DNA of 64,000 bases, from NCBI GenBank assembly GCA_017997715.1, contig JAGOEM010000001.1, positions 1,425-65,424 of the forward strand. The letters run 5' to 3'. Below are positions 10,427 through 20,225 of the stretch, piece after piece; the stretch's first letter is position 1, and each line of letters starts with the position of its first letter. The position numbers and the translations under genes are program-made. Under the pieces are notes generated by a model that saw only the letters and a program-made list of their open reading frames with translations, had not been told where the DNA came from and made no database searches. Source of the stretch: Ottowia sp. (GTDB lineage Bacteria; Pseudomonadota; Gammaproteobacteria; Burkholderiales; Burkholderiaceae_C).

Positions 10427-12493
10427 TCAATTCGCGGGTGTGGCAGCGGCGCTGTCGTGCGCGCGGCGGGCAAATTCGGCACGAAGCGCCTTCAACTTGG
10501 CGCGGGGGTCTTCACGCACGGTGGCGCTGTCCAGCGCCATCTCGGCGATAAAACGGCTGGGCTGGGCGGCGACGAGTTCACGCGCCTTTTTGCGGCGCCG
10601 GGTCCAGCTGACCGCCAGCGTGCGCTGTGCGCGCGTGATGCCCACGTACATCAGGCGGCGCTCTTCCTCGATCCGCGCAGCCAGGGTGGCCGCGCTGGCA
10701 TCCTCGTCGGGCCGAAACGGCAACATGCCCTCCACCACCCCCGCCAAGATGACGTGGGGCCATTCCAGGCCCTTGGAGGCGTGCAAGGTCGACAGCGTCA
10801 CCATGTTGGGGTCTTGTTCGCGCTCGTTCAGTGTGGAGATCAACGACACCGTTTGCGCCACCTGCAGCAGCGAGCTGACCTCGCGCGCCGTACCTGCGCC
10901 TGTGCTGTCGTCGATCTGTCCGCCGCAGCGCCCGGCCATCCAGTCGCAGAACTCCAGCACGTTGCTCCAGCGCGATGCCGCGACGGTCTCGCTGTCTTCG
11001 CTGTCGTACAGGTACTTCTCGTAGCCGATGTCTTTTAGCCAGTCGCTCAGGAAGGTGCGGGCGGCGTCCTCGCCCATTGCGCCGCCGGCCCGAAAGCGCA
11101 GGTCGTTCAGCTCACGGCCAAATTCCAGCAGGCTCTCGACGGCGCGGTTTGGCAAGGCGCTGCCCAGCGATTGGGCAAACAGCGCGCCGAACAGCGACAG
11201 GTGCGACCGGCTGGCGAAGTCGCCCAGTTGGGCCAGGGTCTGATGGCCGATGCCGCGCTTGGGCGTAGTCACGGCGCGCAAGAAGGCCGGGTCGTCATCC
11301 TCGTTGATCCACAGGCGCAGCCAGGCGCACAGGTCCTTGATCTCGGCGCGGTCAAAAAAGCTTTGGCCGCCGGTCACCTTGTACGGAATCTGCGCGCGGC
11401 GCAGGGCTTGTTCGAGCACGCGCGCCTGGTGGTTGGCCCGGTACAGAATGGCAAAGTCGCGCCATTCGTTGTGCGGCGATGTCTGGCGCAGCGACTGAAT
11501 GCGCGCCACGGCACGCTCGGCCTCGTGCTGCTCGTGGTCGCAGTCGACCACCCGCACCGGCTCGCCCTCGCCCAACTCCGAGTACAGCGTCTTGGGAAAC
11601 AGCTTGGGGTTGGGGCCGATGACGTTGTTGGCCGCACGCAAGATGGCGCTGGTGGATCGGTAGTTCTGTTCCAGCTTGACGACCTTCAGCGCCGGGTAGT
11701 CCTGCGGCAGCCGCTTCAGGTTGTCCAGCGTGGCGCCGCGCCAGCCGTAGATGCTCTGATCGTCGTCGCCAACGGCGGTGAAGTTGCCGGCATCGCCCAC
11801 CAGCAGTTTCATCAATTCGTACTGCGTGGCGTTGGTGTCCTGGTATTCATCTACCAGCGTATGTGCCAGCCGCGCTTGCCACTTCTGCGCGAGTAGCTCA
11901 TCTTTTCGTAGCATGCGCAGTGGCAGGCCGATCAGGTCATCGAAGTCGACACTTTGGTACGCGCTCAGGCGCTCTTCGTAGCGCGCCATCAGCTCGGCGG
12001 TATGGCGTTCGCCTTCGGACGTGGCCTGCGCGCGCGCGTCGGCGGCGTTCATGCCGTCGTTTTTCCAGCGGCTGATGGTCCATTGCCATTGGCGCGCGGT
12101 GGCGGCGTCGGTGGTGGCGCCGCAGTCCTTGATCAGCGACAGCACATCGTCGCTGTCGAGAATGCTGAACTGCGGCTTCAGCCCCACCGCGGCGCCGTCC
12201 TCGCGCATCAGCCGCACGCCCAGGGCGTGAAAGGTGCAGATCAGCACCTCGCTGGCGGCCTTGCCGACCAGGCCGCGCGCGCGTTCGCGCATCTCGGCTG
12301 CGGCCTTGTTGGTGAAGGTGATGGCGGCGATGCGCTTGGGCGCCACGCCGCATTCGATCAGGCGCGCGATCTTGTGCGTGATGACCCGCGTCTTGCCCGA
12401 CCCCGCGCCCGCCAGCACCAGACACGGGCCGCGCAAATGGTTGACGGCATCTTGTTGCGCGAGATTCAGACCAGAAGAAGACAAGGCGGGCAA
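10427..12493 (-). CDS. rep: ATP-dependent DNA helicase Rep (UvrD/Rep family)
   Basis: AGAGSGKTRVIT, VDEYQDTN, VGDDDQSIYGWRGA, LEQNYRS, HASKGLE, EERRLMYVGITRA; start codon approximate. Confidence 0.88.
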   Translation of the reverse strand: MPALSSSGLNLAQQDAVNHLRGPCLVLAGAGSGKTRVITHKIARLIECGVAPKRIAAITFTNKAAAEMRERARGLVGKAASEVLICTFHALGVRLMREDGAAVGLKPQFSILDSDDVLSLIKDCGATTDAATARQWQWTISRWKNDGMNAADARAQATSEGERHTAELMARYEERLSAYQSVDFDDLIGLPLRMLRKDELLAQKWQARLAHTLVDEYQDTNATQYELMKLLVGDAGNFTAVGDDDQSIYGWRGATLDNLKRLPQDYPALKVVKLEQNYRSTSAILRAANNVIGPNPKLFPKTLYSELGEGEPVRVVDCDHEQHEAERAVARIQSLRQTSPHNEWRDFAILYRANHQARVLEQALRRAQIPYKVTGGQSFFDRAEIKDLCAWLRLWINEDDDPAFLRAVTTPKRGIGHQTLAQLGDFASRSHLSLFGALFAQSLGSALPNRAVESLLEFGRELNDLRFRAGGAMGEDAARTFLSDWLKDIGYEKYLYDSEDSETVAASRWSNVLEFCDWMAGRCGGQIDDSTGAGTAREVSSLLQVAQTVSLISTLNEREQDPNMVTLSTLHASKGLEWPHVILAGVVEGMLPFRPDEDASAATLAARIEEERRLMYVGITRAQRTLAVSWTRRRKKARELVAAQPSRFIAEMALDSATVREDPRAKLKALRAEFARRAHDSAAATPAN

Positions 12494-12721
12494 TCGACCA
12501 AATCGTGCATCTTAGCGCGCGGTGGGCGTTCAGGCGTGCGCCACTCCGTTGCGCACTGCGTCACCAATCTGCCACATTTTTCGGCGACTTATGTGGTCGA
12601 AAGTTCGCGATTGGCCGGCCTTTGGCGACACTATGGCGCCGCTCGCTCAGCTAGCGAATGCCCGCGACCAGGCGGGTCAGCCGTGGTGCCGAGACCGACC
12701 AAAACCGATAAGGACATACCG

Positions 12722-13375
12722 ATGAAGAGACAACAGACGTGCAGCCTTTGGCTGGCCGCCAGCCTGGGGTTGGCCAGTGCCACGGCGGTGCTTGCGCAAA
12801 CACCGTCGCAGGTGCCCGGATCTCCGGCCGCGAAGGTCTCGCCCGCAGGGGCGCGTCTGACGCCCACCGCCCAAGTCGGCGGGCAGACGGTTCAGCTCAA
12901 TGGCAAGGGCACGCGCTACCGCGCGGTCGTGCGGGTCTACGACGTTGGCTTGTACACCACCGCCAAGGTCAATTCGGTCGAGCAGTTGGCCGCCCTGACG
13001 GGGCCCAAGCGCCTGCACCTGATCACACTGCGGGACCTGACCGGCGATTCATTGGGCGTGGCCATGGTCAAGGGCATGCAGGACAACGCGCCCGCGGGGG
13101 AAAGGATCAAGCTGATCGCACACATGGATCGCCTGAGCCGCATTTTTGGCGCAGAGCAACTGGCGCCGGCGGGTACCGTGCTGACCATCGACTACGTGCC
13201 GAGCCAAGGAACCATGTTCTTCCTCAACGGCGAGTCGAAGGGCGAGATCGTGACCGATCCGGCCTACTTCGTGGCGGTTGCCCGTATCTGGCTGGGCCCC
13301 AAGCCCGCAGACGCAGCGCTGAAAGACGCGCTGCTTGGCATCGAAACCCGCCGCCCGGAGTCCGCTGGCGGTTGA
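12722..13375 (+). CDS. secreted chalcone-isomerase-like protein
   Basis: Signal peptide; LQLNGxGxR-like start, VYDVGLY, IWLGPKPADAALKDALLG; the ORF-track upstream extension overlaps rep and is rejected. Confidence 0.75.
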   Translation: MKRQQTCSLWLAASLGLASATAVLAQTPSQVPGSPAAKVSPAGARLTPTAQVGGQTVQLNGKGTRYRAVVRVYDVGLYTTAKVNSVEQLAALTGPKRLHLITLRDLTGDSLGVAMVKGMQDNAPAGERIKLIAHMDRLSRIFGAEQLAPAGTVLTIDYVPSQGTMFFLNGESKGEIVTDPAYFVAVARIWLGPKPADAALKDALLGIETRRPESAGG

Positions 13376-13459
13376 TGCGCATGGCATGATCGAGGCGCGC
13401 CACCCGGTGCACTCGCTGAGGGGGCGAGTGGTTGATCCGGCGTTGGTTCGCGCTTCCGC

Positions 13460-14422
13460 TTGATCGCCATCTTCGCCGTCACCTTTCCTTTCTTTGCGCT
13501 GGTGCTGTGCGGCTACCTGGCGGCGCGGTCGCGTCTGCTGCCGTTGGATGCGGTGCCGGGGCTGAACACCTTCGTTCTGTACTTTGCGCTGCCGTGCATG
13601 TTGTTTCGGTTTGGCAGCACCACGCCCCTGGCTTCGCTGTTCGATCCGGTCGTGGCGGCGCTGTGGTTGCTGTGCGGCGCAGTCGTCATCGCCTTGGCGG
13701 CGTGGTTGGCCCGCGCGCGTGGCGCCGGTTGGCCAGATGCGGCGATGGGCGCGCTGGTGGCTGGTTTTCCCAATTCGGGCTTCATGGGCGTGCCGTTGAT
13801 TCTGGCGCTGCTGGGCGATGCCGGCGTGGGCCCGGTCATGGCCACTTTGCTGGTGGATCTGGTGGTGACCACCTCGGTGTGCATTGGCCTGTCGCAATGG
13901 GGTGCGGCGGATGAGCACGGGCCCGTCAAGGCCGTTTTGCGCGCGCTGAAGGGGGTGGCGCGCAACCCCATGCCCTGGTCGATTCTGCTGGGCGCGGCTG
14001 CCGGCATGGTCGGGCTCACCCTGTGGGCGCCGCTGGGCAAAACCATTGGGCTGCTGGCCGATGCGGCTTCCCCGGTGGCGCTGTTCACCATTGGCGCAGT
14101 GCTGGCGCGTTCCCAGATGCACGCGCGCGTCACGGGCGACCGGGGGGCGCACCTGCGGGACGAACCCTGGTTGGCGGGCATCAAGCTGCTGCTGCACCCG
14201 CTGCTGGTATGGGGGCTTGGCTGGGTGGCAGTGCGCCAGGGCTGGTTGGCGCCGACGATGCTGGTTCCGCTGGTGATGGCCGCCGCCTTGCCCGCCGCCA
14301 GCAATGTGTCCTTGCTGGCCGAACGCTTTGGTGCAGACAATGGCCGTGTGGCGCGCGTGATCCTGTGGTCCACCGCGCTGGCGTTCTTCACGTTTTCGGG
14401 TTTGGTGGCCCTGCTGCGTTAG
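13460..14422 (+). CDS. AEC (auxin efflux carrier) family transporter
   Basis: About 10 hydrophobic helices; FVLYFALP, NSGFMGVPL, ALPAASNV. Confidence 0.85.
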   Translation: MIAIFAVTFPFFALVLCGYLAARSRLLPLDAVPGLNTFVLYFALPCMLFRFGSTTPLASLFDPVVAALWLLCGAVVIALAAWLARARGAGWPDAAMGALVAGFPNSGFMGVPLILALLGDAGVGPVMATLLVDLVVTTSVCIGLSQWGAADEHGPVKAVLRALKGVARNPMPWSILLGAAAGMVGLTLWAPLGKTIGLLADAASPVALFTIGAVLARSQMHARVTGDRGAHLRDEPWLAGIKLLLHPLLVWGLGWVAVRQGWLAPTMLVPLVMAAALPAASNVSLLAERFGADNGRVARVILWSTALAFFTFSGLVALLR

Positions 14423-14480
14423 CGCCAGGGCAGCGGATGTGCGTCAACGCCCACGCTGGCCAACACGATGGCCTGAACGC

Positions 14481-14514
14481 AAAAACGGACCGGGTCTTTC
14501 GCAAGCCGGTCCGT
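14481..14514 (-). terminator. Rho-independent terminator
   Basis: Minus strand ACGGACCGG-N12-CCGGTCCGT-TTTT downstream of the 14552-14920 gene. Confidence 0.6.
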
Positions 14515-14551
14515 CCTTGGGACATCCCAGCTTTCGCCGGGCGCAAACTGC

Positions 14552-14920
14552 TTATTTGTGCTGGGGAGGCAGATTCATCGGCTGAATCTGCTTGACCTCG
14601 GCGTCCAGCTCGGTCTTGGGCATCGAGGTGACGCTTTCGCGGATCACACCACCGCCCACCACGCTGCCAGTAGCCTCGCCTTTGCCATTCACGCGGTTTT
14701 CGCAATCGACTTTGTAGAAAGCGGGCAGGTTGGCGCAACGCTGCAGCTCGTTCTGGCGCGCTTGCTCGGGCGTGACGCTGGTCAGCTGCGCGCCGCGTGC
14801 GTTGCGCGTTTCCATGCGCGCTGCGCTCTTGTCCTGGTTGGTCTCAGCGGGCGTCATTTGCGCCAACGCGGGCAGGCTCAGGGCGCCCCCCAGGGCGATG
14901 ACGGCGATCAGTTTATTCAT
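14552..14920 (-). CDS. small secreted hypothetical protein
   Basis: MNKLIAVIALGGALSLPALA signal peptide; GGAGAGG RBS; Cys pair (RCANLP...DCENRV). Confidence 0.75.
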   Translation of the reverse strand: MNKLIAVIALGGALSLPALAQMTPAETNQDKSAARMETRNARGAQLTSVTPEQARQNELQRCANLPAFYKVDCENRVNGKGEATGSVVGGGVIRESVTSMPKTELDAEVKQIQPMNLPPQHK

Positions 14921-15082
14921 GGTGTTACCTCTCCAATAGGATCGTTCTCGCCGCGCGAAAGCGGCGCTGCCGAAATGGCCATCGACCGGGCGATTGCTCG
15001 CCGCCGACTTCCTCGCGCAGTCTAGGTCAGATGGCAGAGTCTGCCTGTCGGACAAGACCGCAATCTGCCGCGCCCTTGCCGG

Positions 15083-17269
15083 TCACACCGCCAGCGGGTC
15101 CACGTCGATCGCCCAGCGCACCACGGCGCGGTGGTCGGCACTGGCGCGCAGCCCGTGCAGCAGCGGCTGGCAGGCGGCCAGCACGCGTTGCAGTGCCGCG
15201 CGCGACGGGCTTTCGATCAGCATCTGCGCGCGCTCGATGTTGGCCACACGCTGAATGGTCAACGGCACGGCGGGGTACCAGGTCAGCGCGGCAAAGGCTT
15301 CGGCCAGCTCGCCGCCAGACAGTGCCTGGGCCGCAGCCTGCGCCGCCGCATTCAGAAAGCCCTGCGCCACGTCTTGCGACCGGGCTTCGGCGCGCAGCAA
15401 AGCCAGGTGGCTGAACGGCGGCAAGCCGGCCTCAGCGCGCTCCTTCAGCTGCGTGGCGGCAAAACCGGGGTAGTCGTGCGTCTTCAGTGCGGCAAACAAC
15501 GGGTGCTGCGGGTGTTGCGTCTGCACCCACATCTCGCTGGATACGCCACTGTGCAAATCGCGCCCGGCGCGGCCCGCGGCCTGCATCAGCAGGGCAAACA
15601 GGCGTTCTGGCGCGCGAAAGTCGCTGGAATACAGCGCGCCATCGGGGTTGACGGCCGCCACCAGCGACACGCGGCGAAAGTCGTGCCCCTTGGCCACCAT
15701 CTGGGTGCCCACCAGCACATCCACGTCGCCAGCGTGCACCTGGGCCAGCTGCGCTTCCAGCTGGCCGGCGCCGCGCGCCGAATCGGCGTCGATGCGCAGC
15801 ACCCGCACGGGCTGGCCGTCGGGGCGGTGCACGTCCGCCAGCAGCTCGACCAGGCTTTCCTCCAGCTGCTCGGTGCCCCGGCCCAGCGTGCCGATGTCGG
15901 GGTTGCCGCACTGGGGGCAGGCGCGTGGCACGCGCTGGGTAAAGCCGCAGTGGTGGCAGCGCAGTGTGCGGTCGATCTTGTGAAACACCCGGTACGCGCT
16001 GCAGTGCGGGCATTCGCTTTTCCAGCCGCAATCGCCGCAGTGCAGCACCGGCGCCCAGCCACGGCGGTTCAGCAGCAGCAGCACCTGCTCGCCGCGCCTC
16101 ACCCGCTCGCCAATGGCGGCCAGCAGGGGCGCCGCCAGCAGCGTGCCCTTGGGCTGGCGGTTCATGTCGACCCGGCGCACGCGCGGCAGCCCGGTGCTGG
16201 CGTCTTCATCGGCGGCGGTGCCAATGCGCCGCGGCATCGCCAGGCGCTGGTAGCGGCCCGGGCCATCGGGTGCGGGCGTGCTGGCGTACCAGCTTTCCAG
16301 CGAAGGCGTGGCCGAACCCAGCACCACCTTGGCGCCGCACAGGTGGCCGCGGTACACCGCCAGGTCGCGCGCCGAATAGCGGGCGCCTTCCTGCTGCTTG
16401 TAGCTGGGGTCGTGCTCTTCGTCCACCACGATCAGCGCGAGCGCGGGCAGCGATGCCAGCACCGCCACGCGCGTGCCCAGCACGATGCGCGCGTGCCCCA
16501 GGTGCGCGGCCAGCCAGTTGCCCAGGCGTTGCGCCGGGGTCAGGCCGCTGTGCATGGCCACCACGGCGTCGGCGCCAAAGCGCTCGGCAAAGCGCGCCTC
16601 CAACTGGGGTGTCAGGTTGATTTCGGGCACCAGCACCAGCACTTGGGCGGCCGCATCGCGCGCCAGGGCGCTGGCGGCGGCGCGCATGTAGACCTCGGTC
16701 TTGCCGCTGCCGGTGGCGCCAAACAGCAGAAACGGGCCGGCGTTGCCCTCTATCTGATGCAGCGCACCGGCCTGTTCGGCCGACAAGGGCAGCGCCGCAT
16801 CGGCACTGAGCGTGACCGCCACCGCCGCGCCCTGCCGCTTGAGCCGGCGCGCCAGCTGCACGCTGCTGAGCGTGCGCAACTGCGGCGGCAGTGCGGCCAG
16901 GGCCACTTCACCCAGTGCGCGTTGGTAATAGCGCGCGGTGAAGGCGATCAGCCCGCGCCAATGTGCGTCCAGCGGCGGCAGGCCTTCCAGCGCGCCCACC
17001 ACGGCGCGGGTCTGCGCGGCCCATTCGGGTGGCGGCGCGGGCTGGTCGGCCGCCCACACCACGCCCAGCACTTCGCGCGTGCCCAGCGGTACCCTCACCA
17101 GCGTGCCAGCGGGCAAGGGCTGGTCGGCGCGGTAGGTCAGCAGCTCGGCCAGGCTGCTGTGCGCCGGCGTGGGCACCGCCACCGCCAGCCAATGCGGCCC
17201 GGCGGCGGTGGCGTGGGCGGCGCTATCAGGATCGACTTGCACAGTGGTTGCTAAGTCCTTGATTTGCAA
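15083..17269 (-). CDS. priA: primosomal protein N'
   Basis: GATGSGKTEVY, VDEEHDPSYKQ, four CxxC motifs, GTQMVAKGHDF, QAAGRAGR; start may be GTG 17242. Confidence 0.95.
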   Translation of the reverse strand: MQIKDLATTVQVDPDSAAHATAAGPHWLAVAVPTPAHSSLAELLTYRADQPLPAGTLVRVPLGTREVLGVVWAADQPAPPPEWAAQTRAVVGALEGLPPLDAHWRGLIAFTARYYQRALGEVALAALPPQLRTLSSVQLARRLKRQGAAVAVTLSADAALPLSAEQAGALHQIEGNAGPFLLFGATGSGKTEVYMRAAASALARDAAAQVLVLVPEINLTPQLEARFAERFGADAVVAMHSGLTPAQRLGNWLAAHLGHARIVLGTRVAVLASLPALALIVVDEEHDPSYKQQEGARYSARDLAVYRGHLCGAKVVLGSATPSLESWYASTPAPDGPGRYQRLAMPRRIGTAADEDASTGLPRVRRVDMNRQPKGTLLAAPLLAAIGERVRRGEQVLLLLNRRGWAPVLHCGDCGWKSECPHCSAYRVFHKIDRTLRCHHCGFTQRVPRACPQCGNPDIGTLGRGTEQLEESLVELLADVHRPDGQPVRVLRIDADSARGAGQLEAQLAQVHAGDVDVLVGTQMVAKGHDFRRVSLVAAVNPDGALYSSDFRAPERLFALLMQAAGRAGRDLHSGVSSEMWVQTQHPQHPLFAALKTHDYPGFAATQLKERAEAGLPPFSHLALLRAEARSQDVAQGFLNAAAQAAAQALSGGELAEAFAALTWYPAVPLTIQRVANIERAQMLIESPSRAALQRVLAACQPLLHGLRASADHRAVVRWAIDVDPLAV

Positions 17270-17480
17270 TCGCTTGTCCGTTCATACCCAATTTCTGTGG
17301 ATAACTTTGTTGACAACCCTCTTTGGCTCGCCCGAAAGCCTTGTCAGACAAGGCTTTGCTTAGCTTGCCCAGCAAAAGGGCAGGCTTCAGAATCCATTTA
17401 AATCAACCACTTACGAGTATGCGATGGCCGGCTGCCGGGGTCAGATGCGCAGGTTCCAACGATTCTCGTTTTGTGCATAA
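17252..17480. promoter_or_regulatory. DnaA-box cluster with IHF sites (DARS-like)
   Basis: TCATACCCA-N5-TGTGGATAA-N3-TGTTGACAA (17282-17316); TGTGCATAA (17472-17480); WATCAAN4TTR matches at 17252-17264 (-) and 17401-17413 (+). Confidence 0.65.
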
Positions 17481-17567
17481 GTCAAGCCCTTCGGCCCCAC
17501 AAATTGACGGAATAACTGCGTTTTGGCGGTTGACGGGCGGCCCGTGCCAGCGTAGGCCGCAGGCGGC

Positions 17568-18752
17568 TCAGCGTTGGCGCAGCGCGCGTGAATGGCGGTG
17601 CACCTCGTCCACCAGGTGCGACACATGCTCGGGCGGGGTGAATTGGCTGATGCCGTGGCCCAGGTTGAAGATGTGCGTGCTGCCCGGCGCCGCGCGGTCG
17701 GTGTGCGGGGTGCCAAAACTGTCCAGCACCCGGCGCACTTCGGCGCGAATGGCGTCTGGCGGGGCAAACAGCACGTTCGGGTCGATGTTGCCCTGCAGCG
17801 CCTTGGGGGTCTGATTTTTTATGTCATTTATGCCGCTGTCGCCCGTTGGGTGGGCGCTGGCAGCTATGGTTTCAGGAGTGGTCTGGCGTGCCGCATCGGT
17901 CACAATGCGCCGCGCCGTGCCCAGGTTCATCGTCCAGTCCAGGCCCAGCGCGTCGCAGTCCAGCCCCGTCATTTCGGGCAGCCACAGCCCGCCGCCCTTG
18001 GTGAAGACGATGCGCGGCACCACCGCGCCATCGGGCCCGGTGCGCTTGAGTTGCGCCAGCACGCGCCGCGTGTAGGCCAGGCTGAAGGCTTGAAAAGCCC
18101 CATCGGCCAGCACGCCGCCCCAGCTGTCGAACACCATCACCGCCTGCGCGCCCGCGTCGATCTGCGCGTTCAGGTACTGCGCCACGCTGTCGGCGTTGAT
18201 GGCCAGCAGGCGGTGCATCAAATCGGGCCGCGCGTACATGAAGGATTTCACCTGGCGGTAGTCGTCGCTGCCGCCGCCTTCCACCATGTAGCAGGCCAGC
18301 GTCCACGGGCTGCCTGAAAAGCCGATCAGCGGCACACGGCCCGCCAGCGCCTTGCGGATGCTGCTCACCGCATCAAACACGTAGCGCAGCTTGTCCATGT
18401 CGGGCACGGCCAGCGCGGCCACGGCGGCCTCGTCGCGCACCACTTTGGCGAACTTGGGGCCTTCGCCCACCTGGAAGGACAGGCCCAGGCCCATGGCGTC
18501 GGGCACCGTCAGGATGTCGCTGAACAGGATGGCCGCGTCCAGCGGGTAGCGCGCCAGCGGCTGCAGCGTGACCTCGGTCGCGTAGTCCACGTTGGTGGCC
18601 AACCCCATGAAGCTGCCGGCCTGCGCGCGCGTGGCGCAGTACTCGGGCAGATAGCGGCCGGCCTGGCGCATCAGCCAGACTGGGGTGTGATCGGTGGCCT
18701 GGCCCAGACAGGCGCGCAGGAAGGTATCGTTTTGCAAGGGGGCGAAGCTCAT
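17568..18752 (-). CDS. hemE: uroporphyrinogen decarboxylase with internal repeat-derived insertion
   Basis: [40 protein letters not shown]. Confidence 0.96.
   Translation of the reverse strand: MSFAPLQNDTFLRACLGQATDHTPVWLMRQAGRYLPEYCATRAQAGSFMGLATNVDYATEVTLQPLARYPLDAAILFSDILTVPDAMGLGLSFQVGEGPKFAKVVRDEAAVAALAVPDMDKLRYVFDAVSSIRKALAGRVPLIGFSGSPWTLACYMVEGGGSDDYRQVKSFMYARPDLMHRLLAINADSVAQYLNAQIDAGAQAVMVFDSWGGVLADGAFQAFSLAYTRRVLAQLKRTGPDGAVVPRIVFTKGGGLWLPEMTGLDCDALGLDWTMNLGTARRIVTDAARQTTPETIAASAHPTGDSGINDIKNQTPKALQGNIDPNVLFAPPDAIRAEVRRVLDSFGTPHTDRAAPGSTHIFNLGHGISQFTPPEHVSHLVDEVHRHSRALRQR
17816..17880 (-). repeat. family A repeat A2, in-frame inside hemE
   Basis: CACTCCTGAAACCATAGCTGCCAGCGC-N11-GCGACAGCGGCATAAATGACATAAAA, encoding [21 protein letters not shown]. 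Confidence 0.8.
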
Positions 18753-19037
18753 CCGGCGATTGTCGCAGGCGGTTACCTGCGCTTTGCCAAGGGCGTTTTG
18801 GCCCGGCCGCCTGCGTCCGCCCGCGGCCATGGATGCGGCGCCGTCCTACGGGCGGGGCCTGCCGCGCCTGACAGTGTTTCCATCGTCTGGCCACTGGAGG
18901 CCAAGGCCGTGCGGCGCCACACTGCGGCATCGGTCAGGCCGACAAAAGGGACAGGCTGCAAAGCCTTGCCGGCCCCGGGCCGCCGATGGCGCCGCAGTGC
19001 CACTGTGGCGTCTTTCCCCGCAACGAGGAGATTCAAG

Positions 19038-19199
19038 ATGCTTCACTACGCCGTCGTTTTTTTCATCATCGCGATCATTGCCGCCGTTCTGGGCTTTGGC
19101 GGCATCGCCGCTGGTGCTGCGGGCATCGCCAAGATCCTGTTCGTCGTCTTTCTGGTGCTGGCAGTGGTTTCGCTGGTGGCCAACCTGATCAAGAAGTAG
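19038..19199 (+). CDS. DUF1328 (YtjA-like) small membrane protein
   Basis: [35 protein letters not shown]; GAGGAG RBS. Confidence 0.9.
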   Translation: MLHYAVVFFIIAIIAAVLGFGGIAAGAAGIAKILFVVFLVLAVVSLVANLIKK

Positions 19200-19271
19200 G
19201 CCGGGCGCGCTGCCTGTGGGCAGCGCTGCCCCCGCCGACCAAGTTCATCCACCGCCGGCAGCCCGGCGGTT

Positions 19272-19511
19272 TTTCATCGCCGGGCCGCCCCAAGATGAAA
19301 AGCCCCCTTGGGGGGCAGCGCACCCCGCGGAGCGGGGAAGCGTGGGGGCCAACTTTCATCGTCGGGCCGCCCCAAGATGAAAAGCCCCCTTGGGGGGGCA
19401 GCGCACCCCGCGAAGCGGGGAAGCGTGGGGGCCAACTTTCATCGTCGGGCCGCCCCAAGATGAAAAGCCCCCTTGGGGGGCAGCGCACCCCGCGAAGCGG
19501 GGAAGCGTGGG
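19272..19511 (+). repeat. family B structured repeat, 3 tandem units (82-83 bp)
   Basis: Unit TTTCATCGYCGGGCCGCCCCAAGATGAAAAGCCCCCTTGGGGGGCAGCGCACCCCGCGAAGCGGGGAAGCGTGGGGGCCAAC, starting at 19272, 19354, 19437. Confidence 0.92.
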
Positions 19512-19549
19512 AACTACAGCTGTCATGCGGCAGCACCCGGCCGAGGGTG

Positions 19550-20176
19550 TCAGCGCGCTCCGCCGGCACCGGCCGGCACGCCGGGCGCGCGATCAAACAC
19601 CCGCTGCAGCACTTCGGTATGGGGGTAGGCGTTGCCCGGGTCGACCTTGCGGCGACGTTCGGGCGCGCAGGGCATGGTGCCGTGGTCTACGTCGGAATGG
19701 CGCACCAGGCCGCTGCGCCCGACTTGCGGATTGCGCTGCACGATGCCGTGCAGCAGGGCGACCAGCGCGTCGATCTGCGCGGGCGGGAACGGGTCGCGCC
19801 CGTCACCGTCGTTGATCAGTTCAATCGCGATGGAGCGGCGGCTGTAGGTCAGCACGTGGTGGGCCACTTGCGATTCCGGCACGCTGGCGCGCACCGTGCC
19901 GTCGCGGTCGATCATCCAGTGAATGCCCAAGGTCGGGTGCGCGCCGATCACGCGCAGGTTGTCTTGCATCTCGCCACCGGGCACCCAGATCGGCTGGCCT
20001 TGGGCGTTGCACGTGGGGCCGCCGGTGGAATGGACGACCACCATGTCGACCGGCTGGGTCCGGGCAGGGCCGGTGGTGCGGGCGTGGACATGGCCGGCCG
20101 ACACCAGCAGCGCCGCGGCAAGCGTGATCAGCCACCGAGGGCGCAAGGGCCGCAATAAAACAGGCGAAGTGGGCAT
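19550..20176 (-). CDS. N-acetylmuramoyl-L-alanine amidase (Amidase_2/AmpD-like), exported
   Basis: VVVHST, IHWMIDRDG, AHH, SIAIELIN, VRHSD, RKVDPG; N-terminal signal-like segment. Confidence 0.85.
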   Translation of the reverse strand: MPTSPVLLRPLRPRWLITLAAALLVSAGHVHARTTGPARTQPVDMVVVHSTGGPTCNAQGQPIWVPGGEMQDNLRVIGAHPTLGIHWMIDRDGTVRASVPESQVAHHVLTYSRRSIAIELINDGDGRDPFPPAQIDALVALLHGIVQRNPQVGRSGLVRHSDVDHGTMPCAPERRRKVDPGNAYPHTEVLQRVFDRAPGVPAGAGGAR

Positions 20177-20225
20177 CTGAAAAAAAGGTGCGTCTGAAGT
20201 CAGTGGGTGGTGCGGTGTGCAGCGC

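Noticed and set aside
9851-10430. Genomic island integrated at tRNA-Met
   Set aside because: A terminator and housekeeping genes follow; no integrase or repeated tRNA 3' end seen
17270-17567. Calling the priA-hemE spacer oriC
   Set aside because: Only two good DnaA boxes, no clear AT-rich unwinding element, no dnaA/gidA/parAB in the window; geometry fits DARS better. Not fully excluded without GC skew
19272-19511. Possible CRISPR array (also considered for 56913-57154)
   Set aside because: Units are near-identical end to end with no unique spacers, and there are no cas genes
18986-20158. 390-aa ORF with repeated peptides across the family B array
   Set aside because: Overlaps the DUF1328 and amidase genes; the peptide repeats simply reflect the DNA repeat
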